From Dictyostelium discoideum (lineage: Eukaryota), in the NCBI GenBank assembly GCA_000004695.1, contig CM000154.2:2720001-2784000 (forward strand): a DNA stretch of 64,000 nucleotides. Direction: 5' to 3'. Below, piece by piece: positions 35,179-49,432 of the stretch. Position 1 is the first letter of the stretch. Each line of letters starts with the position of its first letter. A program made the position numbers and the translations under genes. The notes beneath the pieces were generated by a model. The model saw only the letters and a list, made by a program, of their open reading frames with translations, made no database searches and was not told the DNA's origin.

Positions 35179-35621
35179 TTTTTTAAAAACCCAAATTTTG
35201 GAAATTTTGGAAAATAAAATTTTTTTCCCCCCAGGGGGGGAAAAGGGAAAATTTCCCAAAATTTTTTAAATTTTTTAAAAAAAACCCCCCAAAAAAAAAA
35301 AAAAAAAAACCCAAAAGGTTTTTTAATTTTTTCCAATTTTTTTTTAAACCTTCAAAAAAAAAAAAAAAAAAAAAAAAATTACATTTTTAAAACATTTTCC
35401 AAACTTTAAATTATAAAACCGGGGCAAAATTTGGGAAAATTTTTTTTATTATTATAAATCCCTCCCTAAAAAAAAACCAAACAAAAGGGGTGTTGCCCAA
35501 AAAATTTTAAGGAGGGCCCCCCCCCGGTTTAAAATTGAAAAAAAAAGTTAAATTAAATTTATAAACGGTAAAACCTTTTTTTTTTTTTTAAAAAAAAAAC
35601 TTTTTTTTTTATAAAAAAAAA

Positions 35622-35675
<54 letters not shown>

Positions 35676-35690
35676 CCATTTTTGATTGTG
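35100..35690. other. Probable low-quality or artefactual sequence (stuttered homopolymer doublets)
   Basis: Strings such as ttttccccccagggggggaaaagggaaaatttcccaaaatttttt...ccccccaaaaaaa...ggagggcccccccccggttt have every base expanded into short homopolymers. This is unlike the surrounding genomic texture and typical of poor base-calling at a read end or contig join. Confidence 0.4.
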
Positions 35691-35695
35691 ATAAA

Positions 35696-36379
35696 ATGAA
35701 TAAAAAATTTATTTTATTATTTATATTTTTATTATTTTCACTGATAAAAAGTGAAAATATCATAATTATAAATAATGAAACTTTTTTAAATCAAACAAAT
35801 TTAATTTTAAATTCATATTATTCACTAAATGATAATATTTTCAAAACTTCAATAATAAATAATGAATTAATATTCCAAGATTCAAGTATAACATTTTTAA
35901 ATCAACATGAAAAAACATCAATTTACAAAGAAGATTTATTAATTAAAAATGGAGAATATCAATTAAATGGTAAATCAACAATTCCAATAATTTTTATAAG
36001 TTTACAACAAATTTTAAATTCAATAAATCCAGTATTGGAATTATCAAATATTGAACCAATAACCAAAATTACAGCAATTGTAAATTCTTATGATGGTAAT
36101 GTGATTGTAGAAGGTTATGAAAGAATTCCAATTTTTTATAATGAATTACAAAATAAAGTTGAATTTTATCAATCAATTTCAGATATTATTGCTCATATGA
36201 TTATTGATTCAATTAAACCAAACCTTGTTTCAAAAAATAAAGATAGTTTATTTCAAAATTATGATTTAACAATTAACGATTGGGAAGAATCAATATCATT
36301 TTTAAAAGGTTTTAAGAATTTTTTTTCAATTTTAATTAAAAAGGTAATTAATCATTTAAAAAAAAAAAAAAAAAACTAA
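35696..36379 (+). CDS. Secreted 227-aa protein with signal peptide; either an independent gene or the signal-peptide exon of the downstream giant gene (junction unresolved)
   Basis: Track ORF MNKKFILLFIFLLFSLIKS|ENIIIINNETF... A canonical donor AAG|GTAATTAAT at 36344 is phase 0. A clean 87-nt mini-exon candidate (36454..36540, acceptor CCTATAG, donor AAAG|GTACGT, open only in phase 0) follows. The next exon of the giant gene at 36690 requires a phase-2 donor. No consistent splice path was found, so it is kept separate. Confidence 0.45.
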   Translation: MNKKFILLFIFLLFSLIKSENIIIINNETFLNQTNLILNSYYSLNDNIFKTSIINNELIFQDSSITFLNQHEKTSIYKEDLLIKNGEYQLNGKSTIPIIFISLQQILNSINPVLELSNIEPITKITAIVNSYDGNVIVEGYERIPIFYNELQNKVEFYQSISDIIAHMIIDSIKPNLVSKNKDSLFQNYDLTINDWEESISFLKGFKNFFSILIKKVINHLKKKKKN

Positions 36380-36689
36380 AATGATTATGGATAAATTATT
36401 AATTAATTTTTTTTTTTTTTTTTTTTCTATTTTGTTATTTCCCATACCTATAGATTGCATTCCCAAAATTATCAGATTCTGTAACTGAATCAATCTATAA
36501 TGATAAATCAAATTCATACATAAACATTAAACATATAAAGTACGTATAAAAATCTGATTTTTAATTTACAAAAAAAAAATATCTTTTCTCAACATAATAA
36601 CTTTTTTTTTCATTTTCGATTTTTCTATTTTTATTTTTTATTATTTTAATTTTTTTTTTTTTTTTTAATTTTTTTTATTTTTTTAATAG

Positions 36690-39600
36690 GCCAAAAAATA
36701 ATCCCACATTCTCTTCATTATCAATTTCATCAACATTGTTGGATTTATATCAAGGAAATGTTGATAAACAAAATAAACCAGTTTTCTTTGAAAAGATAAC
36801 ATTGTTGTCAATGATTACAAGTTTAAAAAATAAACAAGTTATCGATATTGAATCATTTTCAAAAGTATTATTAGAAAATAATAATTTAGAAATTGGTAAA
36901 TCAATTGAAAATATATTATTTTTAAATAAAATAATTTCAACTTGTTCACTAGTTAATTGTTCAACTAATACATCATCCTCTTCAAGATCAATAAAAGCAA
37001 TTTTAAATCCATCAACATTTAACAATACAATTTCACAATGTATTTATTATGATAAAACTAGAAATCAATATTATGATTTAACTCCATTAATGTTGTATGT
37101 ATTTATATATTTTTAAAATAGTATCAATAATAATAGGAATATTGAATAATATAATATTAATATTTTTATTATTAAATTATATATTATATTATTCAATATT
37201 ATTAGACCATCAAATCAATTTTATAATGTAACTAAAGCATCAGTTACAGGAGGTGCAGTTTTTTTTAATTTTTGTACGAAAATTACAAAATGTGATTCAA
37301 TTGCATCAACAACCAAACAATCAGTGGCTTGTCAATCAACCATTGAACTAGCTTCTCTTAATCTTGCACATACTACAACTTTTCCAACCACTGATGGTTT
37401 AACACTTGCATATACAGCACCTGCTACAGGTACTTGCTCACCTTCAAGAAAATTGTCATATGTTTTCGTATGTAATCTTGCTCAAGAAATGTTAGCTGAT
37501 GTCACTGTAACTGCCAATGCATGTACTTTTACTCTTACCATTCAAACAAAATATGCATGCAAGAATCAAGCAGTCTTTTATTTAAATGGAGATCTTTATG
37601 ATTTAAGACCATTACAATTGTAAGTTTACACCCCTTTTTTTTTATGATCATAATAAATTATTAATAAAATCTTTATATTATTAGAACATATCCAAAACAA
37701 TTTCAAGTTAGATTAACACCATGGAATTATCCAGCAGGAGTAATTAGATATGTTTATTTCAATATTTTTGCAAAATCTAAAATGTGTGAAAATACAACAA
37801 CTGGATCAAATCATGCATGCTATATCGATAGTACAAATAGTGGAGTGATTGTTCCAATGAAGGAGCCAGTCTATACAATTGAAACTCAAGATTTAATTAA
37901 AATTCAATATTTTAGTACAGCCCCTTATTTTCCAAGTTGCCCAAATCCTGTATTGGAAATTAATATCAAATGTAATCCAACAGTTGATTATCAATTCCCA
38001 AGTTCAGTTTCTTATGAAGATATGTGTAGTTATCCAATTCTTATTATTGAATCAAGATATGCATGTCCAACAATGCGTTTCTTAAATGGTAAACAATTTT
38101 ATAGTTTAGAATCCTTACAAAAACAATCAACTAATCCATATCAAGTAGCATTTGGATCCAATTATAAATTACTTTTTAATTTTGGTGGTATTGTTGATAC
38201 ATGTGTACAAGCTATGCCAGCAACAAATCCAACAAAAAGAATTCAAGCTTGTCAAATTCATAATACCAATCAAACTGATGTTCGTATAATTGGTGTTGTT
38301 AATTTAGGTCCATTCGTTAAATTCTCTTACAATTCAATGACATTAGAGTATTTTACAGAAACATTAACAAGTGAATGTCCAACCAATGGCAATCGTAGAT
38401 CTATTAGATTAGTATTAACCTGTAATCCAACCACAGATTATTTAGTAACTAGTGTAGTCGAAAGTCCATTATGTGTCTTCCAAGTAAATATAGGCTCAAA
38501 GTATGCTTGTGATTCATTGATATTTTTCAATGGGTATAGTTTTACAGATTTAACACCATTGAAATCCCTCCAAAGATACACTGATATCAGTGGTGGTAAC
38601 ACTCTTACTCGTTTATATTATTCAATTGGTGAAGCTCATCCAAGTTGTTATACACATGCAACTGCCAATTCATCATTAATTTATCAATCATGTACTTTTC
38701 CAAACTCAACAGTTTCACAAATTGGTGGATTAAAGAATAGTTCTTATTCATTTATAAATGGTGGTAAGAGTTTACAAATTACCTATTCATCAGATGTTAG
38801 TAGTAAAGTTAAATGTGGCGTTTCCTCAACCCAAACTTTTAATGCCCTTACATTTCAATGTGATCCAGTAAATGAATTTGTTCAATCCCTATATACTATT
38901 CCAAGTGTTTGCTATTATGAGGTTAAAATTAATTCATCATATGCATGTTCATTTCCAAAACTTGAAGATTCACCCAAAGCTATAACATCAATCTCTCAAC
39001 CAAACGGTTTTGCCGGTGATCAGTTAACCATCAATGGTGTAGCGCTCCATCAAACAGATAAGGTTATTTTCTCTACACTATTATTTGATGGATCAGTTCA
39101 TAATGAAGTTGCAACAATTATTTCAAAAACATCAAATCAAATCATAGTTCAAATACCATATGGTTATAGAGATTCTGTAATTTATCTCATATCTGCACTT
39201 GGAGTAAAAAGTAATAGTGTTCCATTTTATTTTTCTCCAAATGTTGATCTTTTAATTCCAGAATTTGAAATAAATAAAATAAATAAAATTTATTTAATTG
39301 GTAATGGTTTAGGTTCATTATTTTCAGCAGTACCAAGTTATTGGGTAAATGTATATGCCACAAGAAATTTCACAGGAAGATTCAAGAGTGAATTAACTTG
39401 TGTTTTTGATAGATATTGTTCTACAGGTGGATCCCAATTTCAACCTATACCTTTACCAAATGGTCAACCAGGTATAACATGTATTGAAAGTGAATATTAT
39501 TTAAATAATACCTCTCTTAGATCAAATTTAACAGATGTAGTGGTTTGTCTTGAAATTCCTTATAATATTGGTACTGGTACGATTGATGCTATTGTTTTCG

Positions 39601-42600
39601 GTCCTGGTAGTCTTTCTCAAGTGTTCTCTTCATCCTATAGGTATAAAGCCCCAACTATTATACCACCAAGTATTGATAGTAATGTTAAATTAGTGGTTCA
39701 AAATGAAATAATTACAATCAAAGGTGCAGGTTTTCCAAATTACTCCTATAATAAATATAGTTCAAATCTTGCATGGGAGAAAAGCTATGTTTCATTTGGA
39801 CCTTCTTATCAATGTTTAAATGTTGATTGGAGAAAAACAAATGAAATCTATTGTAAAATACCACCTGGAATTGGATCAAATCTTTTATTATCAGTTACTG
39901 TTGGTGATATCACCTCTAAAGCCTCTCTAAATACAACAAATAATTATTATATTTCTTATAATACTCCAACTTTAACACCAAATATTTTATTTTCTGGTGA
40001 ACCAAGTACTCCATCTAAAATCACAATCACTGGTAATTATTTTATTCCAATTGAATTAGTGGTTGCTGCAACTAGTACTCCAAGCATAATCAATTCATTG
40101 GAAAATTATATAATGATTGGTAATGGTAGAAAATGTGAAAATGTTCAATGGATTGATATAAATACAGTTATTTGTACTCCACCAATTTCAACAAGTTCAA
40201 ATCTCGATCAGTTATATCCAATCTCTATAACAGTTGGTGGTCAAACATCAATTGGTGGTAATGTAAATTTTAGATATTACAATGCTTCTTGTTTTTTCCC
40301 TTGTAATTCAAAACCAACCGTAAATACTCCTTCAAATTTTGTATCAACTTTATATGAAAATGGAATTTGTTCAAATCAATTAGATAATAATAATATTCCA
40401 AATGGTAAATCAATTCAACAATTAGAACAATTTTTCATTGATAATTGGACACCAAATACAATTAACAATGATTGGAAATCTGGTCAATTTTATAAAACAT
40501 TCTTTAGAGAACCAAAACAAACCATTTCAAGCTTATCTCAATTTATTGTACAACAATCAAATGATTCAATTTGTGCCTACGATAATTTATCAGTTACTCC
40601 ATATATATCAGTTCAAGATTTAATTACAATTAGCAATGATTTAAATAATTTAGTTGAAAATTCATTTAAAACTTTAGAAATCGAAAATGGATTCCAAATT
40701 TCCTATTATAATGTAACAAGCAATTCAAATGGTAATGGTCTTGCAATTGTAAAAAGCAATGATAAATTATGTAGTTTCGTTGAAAGTTCCTATGATGTTC
40801 CAAGTTTAAATCAAGCATTACAATTATGTTTTGAATCTTGCTATTTCTATTTTTGTAATGATACTACTCAAAATTATCAAATATTATTAGCTAATTCAAA
40901 TGATTTAAAAAGTATTCTATTAAAATCTGGTATTTGTTCAAATGATATCGAACAATATAATTTCCAACTATTAGAATCCATACTATCGAATCAATTATTT
41001 TATAATGAATTTGAAAGTGATTGGTCAAGAGGTCCACTTTTAAATTTACTTTCAAATACATCAAAGGCAATCAATCAAATATCACCATTTATCAAATTAA
41101 ATTTTCCATTAACATATAGTTGTATCTATGATACACCATCAGCAAGTAAAATTACAATTTCAAAATTAATAGATATAGTTGATGATTATAGAAGATTAAT
41201 TGTTAATAAAGTTTATAATGAAACTAAGGATTATGGTGGTGGTATTTTGAAATCTTATTTTTTCAAATTAAATAGTGATAGTAATACTAAAGGTCTTGTA
41301 ATAGTTACTCGTGATAATAAGATTTGTAGTATCGTTGATTCTTTATATTCAGATTTTACTTCAGATTCAGTTATTACAACTTGTGATATGATTTACTCTA
41401 TTACATCTGTTCAAGTTATAAACGATTCAGTTAAACCATATAGGGTCAGATTTGAATTACTTGGAAATTTCGTTGGTGATATTAAATTTGGTGATGATCA
41501 AATTTGTAATCTCGTTTCAACAGAATTTACAGGTCTTTATGGATATAGGGAATGTTTATTTGATGATATTAAAAATTCAGCCACATTAACATATCAAGCA
41601 AATGGTATTACCATAGTCGATGATTTTAGATTTAAATTCCCACAACCAATAATTACAAATATTGAATATTCAACCACACCATTAGTAATTGCAAATTCAG
41701 ATATTACAATCACAGGTTTAAATTTATTTAGAGATAATGATGTAGTGAATTTTAAAAACTTAAAAGTAATGATCAATCAACTTGATGTTACATCAACAAT
41801 TAAAGATTCAACAATAAACCCAACAACTGGTTTTTCAACATTTAAAATCAAAGCAATTGGTAGGGGAGAGGCAAACAGAATCATTGTTTATTCAGATGAT
41901 TTTGAAATTCGAACTAATAAATCAATTATGGGTGTAGATTTTTCTCTTATTTATACTTTAGAATCACCAATTTTATCATCATTATCAAGCACAACAGGTC
42001 AACGTGGTGACATGATTAAATTATTTGGTTATTTCCCACAATGTATTCAATGTAATGAAACCATCATTTTATTTGGTGACAATCAAGTTTCTGATTTTAC
42101 AATTATAAGTTCAACAGAAATTCAAGTTATTGTACCATATGGTTTCGATAAAGTACCCATAATAGTAATGATTAATCAAGTTTTCAATCATGATGATAAT
42201 TGGGTTTATTTTTCATATCCACAACCAGAAATTCATCAAATTATAAAGAGTTCAAGCATTGAAACCTCATCAAATAGTCCATTTTGGGTTTTTGGTATTG
42301 GCTTAAATCCACTTCCAACAAATCCAGATTCATTCTTTACAGCTTCTTTACTATCAACTATTTACGATGCTGATAATGATGTAGATGGTGATAATCTTAA
42401 ATTGGAATGTGAATTTTCAGACTTTTGTTATAGAAACAAAGTTTATTATATTGATGGTGGTGATGGCACTGAAAATAATCAAACAATTCCAAGACCAACT
42501 TCTCAAATTGATCCAAATAATTTTGATCCATGTATAGAGTTGAAATCTCAATATTTTGAGAATGTAGAATTTGATACATATGTTTGTTATTTAATTCCTG

Positions 42601-45600
42601 GTATTGGTAAAGATTCTGTTGTTGAAATTCAAATCATTCAAGATAATGTTTCAATTAAAAGTAGTTTCAACTATTCCTATGATTTACCATTAATTAATTC
42701 ACTTGAAATTTTACAAAGTAATGGTAGTGATTCTTCCTCTTCCTCTTCTTCTTCTTCTTTTGAATTAATAAGAAATAGTACAAATGGTGGTTTAAATTTA
42801 ATTATTGATGGTTTAAATTTCCCACCAACCGAAATATTTACATTGTATAGTAATGAAGATATTTTTACAGAAAATGATTGGATTCCAATTGAATGGTCAG
42901 TGAGTAATTTATTAATTGGCGAATTTGGTTGTAAAAATATTAGTTGGATAAATTCAAGCACAATCGAAGCGATTATTCCTCCAGGTGTTGGTAAAAATTT
43001 ATCAGTTTCAGTATTGGTTGGTGGTCAATTACCATCTACCAACACTAATTACTCATATTCATATGATTTACCATCATTGGATAATAAAGAGTATACAGTA
43101 TCAACCGATGGTAATAAATTTATTACAATAACAGGTACAAACTTTGTTCCTCTCGAATTAGCAAAACAATTTAATGAAAATCCAAATCAATATCAAACTG
43201 AAAATTTTGTTGAAATTACTTTTAATAAAAGTCATACACAACATTGTGTCGGTATTAAATGGATAAATTCAACAACATTAGAATGTAAAGTTTTACCAGG
43301 TATTGGAAAGAATCATAGTATATCAGTAACAATTGGTAATCAACATTCAATCTCAAACACAACTTTTTCATATAGCAAACCAATTATACCATCAAATAAA
43401 TTTTACTCATCATCAACTCATGGCAATGATGAAATTACAATTGAAGGTGATAATTTTATACCAAAAGATTTAGTAAATCAATATAACAGAAACAATGAAA
43501 ACATCAATGACAATGGTGAAAAAATTAACAGTATATTCATTGATGATAAAGAATGTACATCAATTGTATGGATTAATTCAAAACAAGTAAAATGTAATGT
43601 ACCAGTTGGTCAAGGAACCAATTTAAAGATTAAGGTTATAGTTGGATCACAAGAAGTAATAAGACCAAATATTTTCTCATATAATCCACCAAAAATTAGC
43701 TCAATTGAACCAACAAAAGGTAGAATAAATATCGATAATCAAATCATCACTATCAAAGGAACAAATTTTGGAGTTTCACCAAAGGTACTCATTGATCAAG
43801 TTGATCAATGTTCAAATGTATCACTCGTTTCAAATGATACTTTACAATGTACATTACCAAAATCAACCAGTGAAGGAATAAAGTCAATTTTAGTACAAGT
43901 TGAAAACCAACGTTCAAATTCAAAAGAATTTGAATACTATGGCCCACCAACAATTGAAAACATTCAAACTCCATCATTTATTTCATTTGATGGCGGTGAT
44001 AGAATAACATTAATAGGTAAAAACTTTTTAGAACATGGTGCTCCAATCGATAATTTAGTTTTGGTATTACAAAATCAAAATAATAATATTTCAATTAATG
44101 CTATAGATGTAAAAAGTACATCAATTGTATTTGAAACTATAGAAGGTTCAGACTATACTAAAATATATATCGATTTAAATGGTCAAATATCAAATAGTGT
44201 TTTCATGTTTTATTCAAATCCAAAAATTACCAATATCACACCACCAAGTGGTCAATACAATCAAGCAAATACAATTGTAATTAGTGGTTATAATCTTGCA
44301 TTGGAAGATCATAAATCAGATTTAAAGATTAAAATTGGTTCAAATAATTGTGGTGATATAGCAATTCAATCATCAGAATCTGTATCATGCTCAGTACCAA
44401 TCGTTACTAAATCAGAATCTGGTACAAAACCTGTTATTCTAACTTTTTCTCATCATCTTTCAACATCTTCAGAATATACTTACACAAAACAAGATAGTGA
44501 AAGTCAAGAAACTAGTGAAAGTCATGAAACAGATTCTACCACCACTACTACCACATTATCAACAACAACAATTTCAACTACCACTGGTGGCTCATCTACA
44601 ACTACATCAAGTCAATCAACTACTGGCCAATCATCGTCAACATCAACAACTGGAAATCCACCCACAACAATTATTAATACAATTCCATTCGGCTTTGTAT
44701 TTCCCCCACTTCCACCCCTTCCACCAATTCCGATTCCACTTCCACCTCTTCCACCAATTCCAAAAGGAGACTTCCTAAAGTTTGGAGAGTTTAAATTTGG
44801 ACCATTTGATTGGGACTTCCCAGGTACAAATGGAATTGCCTTACCAATTTTACCAATTGGTTTACCAGGTCTTCCTGTTGGTTTAGATTTACCTTCAATG
44901 GGTTATCCATTTGGTTTACCAACAACAGCTCCATGCGCACCAAGAACTCTTAGTTTATTGGCAAGAGCTATTAAATCTGTTGGTGGAATCGTTGGAAGAA
45001 TATTTTCACCACCGGTATTTGATCTTCCTTTCTTTGATCCTTGTAAAGATGATGATGGTACTGATGACAGTGATGACAGTGATGGTAGTGAATATACAAC
45101 CTACAATTCAGCTTCAACAACTACAACTGTTGGTTCAACTACAACTAGTGGATCAACAACAACTGGAGGAGAATCAACAACTGGAGGATCAACAACAACT
45201 GGTGGAGAATCAACAACTGGAGGACCAACAGCAACTGGTGGAGAATCAACAACTGGAGGATCAACAACAACAACTGGAGGAGAATCAACGACTACAACTG
45301 GTGGAGAATCTTCAACGACTGGTGGTGAAACTCCAACACCATCAATAACCCCAACTCCAACACCAACAATAACACCTATTCCTCTTGACTCATCCACTGT
45401 ACTTTGTAACTATAATGCTGATCAAACTATCTTAACAATTTTAAACAATGGCTTAAATAGAGTTTGTTGTACTGATGAAAAAGAATCAAGCTTCTGTTAT
45501 TTTGAAAGTATAGAATGTAGAAAAAATAAGCAAAACAACAATATTTCATGTTTGAGCTATCCATTAGGAGGTGAAGCAATTGATTTCGATGAAAGTGTTA

Positions 45601-47924
45601 AATGTTATATTGCAAGTGAAACCGTATCATGTTTGTTATCAATTTTAGATCCACTTTCAATTCCAGAACCAATATTACCAAATCAAAATTTACAATGTTT
45701 CATCCACACTAATGAAACATATCCAAGTATTTCCATTAAAAATATTAGATCTAATACCTCTTATATTGGTGATGATAATTCAGTTACTCAAAATAGCTTC
45801 TCTTCTGAGCATAAATGTGTTATAAATACTTTAAACAATACAATTGATTGTTCCGATGTAAATAATTTAGAGCCAACCTTAACATTTAACAAATCATTTA
45901 AAGTATTTATCGATAATAAAATGAATTGTTTAATTGAAAATCCATTTTCATCTGAAACAGGTTCAAGTGATAATAGTTCAAACTCCTCAAGTGATTCAAA
46001 TTCATCAAGTGATAATAGTTCAAACTCTTCCTCAAGCAATTCAAACTCATCTTCCGAATATTCATCTTCAGGTTCAAATTCATCCTCATCTTCAAGTGGT
46101 AGCACCTCAAGTTCATCATCATCAAACAATAGTAGCTCAAACTCATCGTCAAGTGACAGTGGTTCAAATTCTTCATTAGAAAATAGTAGCAGTAATAATA
46201 ATTCAAATTCATCATCAAGTGATAACGGCTCAAACTCTTCCTCAAGTAATTCAAACTCATCTTCTGAATATTCATCTTCGGGTTCAAATCCATCATCATC
46301 TTCAAGTGGTAGCACCTCAAGTTCATCATCAACAAACAATAGTAGCTCAAACTCTTCATCAAGTGACAGTGGTTCAAACTCTTCGTCAGGAAATAGTAGC
46401 GGTAGTAGTTCAAATTCATCTTCAAGTTCAAACTCGTCAACATCATCAAGTGAAACACAAAATAGCTCAGAATCTTATGAAAATAGTATAAAGTGTAATT
46501 TCGATACCAACAAAACTACTCTATTAATTGAAAATATTTTGAATCATTCAATATCATGCTCTGATGAATTCAATAATAATTTCACATCCACTGCTCAAAT
46601 TACATGTGAAATATTATTAAATTATAATAATAATACAAATAATTTCTATTCCAATTGCTCTACAAGCGAGAATGAATCCTACATACTTGGTCAATCCATT
46701 AAATGCTCAATTGATGAATATTTGACTTGTTCATTAAATTCACCAACTATTAACAACAATAGTAGCAGTATCAATGGTAGTAGTGGTATTAGTAGTAGTG
46801 ATAGTAGCGTTAACAATAGTACAAGTAGTGACAACAACAACAATAACAATAGCAATAATACTAGTATAGACTCATCTAATAGTAAATCAACAATTTCAAT
46901 CATCTATGATATTGTAGATAAAAGTATGGTTGTAGAAAATCAAGACAAAGAAGAGATCATATGTTTTGGTGATTATACATCAATATTAATTTATTCTGAT
47001 GATTTTGGTTGTTCGATCGTTATGATAAATGGAACAAATTTAATTAAATGTTCAAATAATAATACAGAAACTATGGAAGAGTTAACCTTTTATCAATCAG
47101 TAGAATGTAAAATTGATGATTCAACTCAATCATATTCACTAGTTATTCCGTCACCACCAATTGTTGATCAAGTTATAGAGTGCCATTTCAATTTAAATCG
47201 TACTACACTTGATATTGAAAATAATGGTAGTCATGTTATCACATGCAGTGACAATTTAAATTCTCAAAGATTCAACTTCTCCAAAGGTATCGGTTGTATG
47301 ACTAATGAAACAACAAATCAAATATCTTGTTTTAGTGAAAATCAAACTGCTTTTTTCAATCAATCAGTATCATGCTCATTAAACAAATATATGACATGCT
47401 CTTTAGATGTTGTTTCATTATCATCATCTTCCTCTTCATCTTCATCCTCGTCTGTTAACGGTGGCAATAATTCATCAACACCAACAGTGTCAATGTCATT
47501 AAACTCTTCCACATCAGATTCATCAACATCGGCCTCTTCAATGTCATCATCATCCTCCTCTTCAATAGAACCTAATGAATATGTAATTACTAGTAAATTT
47601 GATATTATCAACAATAGATTAACACTTGAAAATCTATATAACAAAACAATCAGCTGTATTGGTGACCGAAATGCTACCTATACTCTATATTCAAACTTTA
47701 GTTGCACAATTGTTCCATTCAATCAAACAGAAATTATCATAGAATGTTATAATGAAAACTCTTCAATTTTAACATTCACAGAATCTTTTGAATGTAATAT
47801 TGGTTTTTCATTGAAATATTCATTAACTATTCCACAAACTACCCCAACTGATGATGATATTAATAGAAGCAAAAGTAGTATCAATAACTCAAGTCACACC
47901 AATAATAAATCTCAAGAATTTTAA
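36690..47924 (+). CDS. Giant extracellular protein (>3680 aa): N-terminal MRH-like repeats, about 15 IPT/TIG repeats, Pro-rich and very long Ser/Thr/Asn-rich tracts, C-terminal Cys-containing repeats; join(36690..37094,37206..37619,37685..47924), 5' end incomplete
   Basis: Track ORFs 36736..37116, 37324..37623 and 37782..47924 connect through two phase-2 introns. Each donor is TT|GTATGT or TT|GTAAGT (37095, 37620) and each acceptor is TTATTAG|A (37205, 37684), so a Leu codon TT+A is completed at the end of each MRH-like unit (...DLTPLML / ...DLRPLQL). MRH-like units carry the motif C..C..Y.F.C...C.F.....KYAC + F.NG..F.L..L. IPT/TIG-like units include PKAITSISQPNGFAGDQLTINGV.. and PTIIPPSIDSNVKLVVQNEIITIKGAGF... 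The first exon starts mid-codon (phase 2) at 36690 after TAATAG, so a further upstream exon is required. Confidence 0.65.
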
Positions 47925-48639
47925 TTTTTCTTAAAATGCCAAACCAATCTAACAATTTATAATTAAATAAATCTATTGATAGAAATTTTTTTTATTAATT
48001 ATCTAAAATATTGGTAGATTTATGTCCCAATTAAGTCTACAGCAAAAATTTATTTCTTTGTTAATTATTTTTATTTTCAAAATTCTTTTTATTGGATATT
48101 AACAAATTATTTTACAATCCAAGTATATTTTTTTTTTTTTTTTTTTTTTTTGTATTGATTAATTACAGTTTTTCAAGAAAAGGAAAATAATAAATAATTA
48201 TAATTTTTTTTTTTTTTTAAATATTAATTTATTATATGCTGAATCTTTAAGCAATAATAGTTTTTTTTTTAGTTTATATTTTGTTTTAAAATTTATATTT
48301 ATATGAATTGAATCAACAATTACTCTATTTGGTAGTATTGTGCTTGATAAACAATAATCTTTTATAATTTGGTTTTTAATATTTTTAATTTTTTTGATGT
48401 ATTCGATTTTTTAACAAATTGGGAGGGTATCTTTTGATGATGCTAATTTATAATTTTTAACTTTATTTATATAATCCAAGGTCGCTGATTCATACCATTT
48501 TTAAGAATTATATCATTGTATAATGTTTTGGCTTGGATTTGGTTGTCGTTGTGGAGTTTGTCCTAGGTGTGCAAGTCAATCTATTTACCACTAATTTTTG
48601 CATATCTATATGTGTATTATAATTTACAATTTTAAAAAT

Positions 48640-48712
48640 GCCCAGATAGCTCAGTCGGTAGAGCGCAAGGCTTTTAACCTTGTGGTCGGGGGTTCGAGCC
48701 CCCCTTTGGGCG
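48640..48712 (+). tRNA. tRNA-Lys (anticodon UUU), second identical copy
   Basis: Same 73-nt sequence as 7390..7462. An ex-B-like GAGGGTTCAACTCCC lies 27 bp downstream. Confidence 0.9.
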
Positions 48713-48841
48713 AAATTTTTAAATTAATATCGTTGATCGAGGGTTCAACTCCCAGTTTAATGTAATGCCAATATTGATCATAATAAATAAAGGAACACAC
48801 AATTAATATTATATGAATGCTGTAAAGCGTGAATCAAAACT

Positions 48842-49060
48842 AACTTTATTTTTTTTCATTTTTTTCAGTTTTTATAATTTTCGAGTTTTCGTTATTTTCG
48901 ACCTAGAAGTTTCGAACGAAAACTCTAAAATATATAAAAACTAAATAAATTAATTATTATTTTAATTATTATTGTTTAATTGTTAATCATTATTATTATT
49001 ACTATTATTAATATTATGATTATTAAAAACTTATTAATATTAAACAATGTAATTCATTAC
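48842..49060 (-). mobile_element. TRE3-like retrotransposon 3'-terminal fragment (copy A, inverted)
   Basis: This is the reverse complement of the copies at 7906..8084 and 50383..50536. Its A-rich 3' end (seen here as tttttttcatttttttcagttttt) faces the 3' end of tRNA-Lys 130-137 bp away. It shares the same 5' boundary (..gaattacattgtttaatattaataag) as copy C. Confidence 0.45.
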
Positions 49061-49170
49061 ATATCCCCCTTCTTGACAAGATCGGGAAAAATGAAATGAG
49101 AATATTAATTGTGGATGATTAATTATTATATCAATTGGCTTATATTAAATTTTGATTGATTTTTTTTTTT

Positions 49171-49255
49171 TTTTTTTTTAATTTGATTTGATTTGATTTG
49201 ATTTGATTTGATTTGATTTGATTTGATTTGATTTGATTTGATTTGATTTTTTTTT
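49171..49255. repeat. (ATTTG)17 microsatellite preceded by T20
   Basis: Direct read: atttgatttgatttg... x17. Confidence 0.95.
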
Positions 49256-49432
49256 GATTTCCAAAGATGCAGACCTTGAAAATTTCTTGAAATTGTTAAA
49301 TAACAAAACTGTCACTACGACTTGAACAACTCTATTACCTAAATTTCTTGCATGGATTCGCAACACTGAATCTAATGACTGGAACTTCAATTCACTATTA
49401 CTATCACTTCTTAACTATCTTTTACTATTTCA

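Noticed and set aside
36454-36540. 87-nt mini-exon (CCTATAG|...AAAG|GTACGT) between the signal-peptide ORF and the giant gene
   Set aside because: It is open only in phase 0 and exits in phase 0, while the next exon (36690) needs a phase-2 donor. It therefore cannot connect the two as sequenced.
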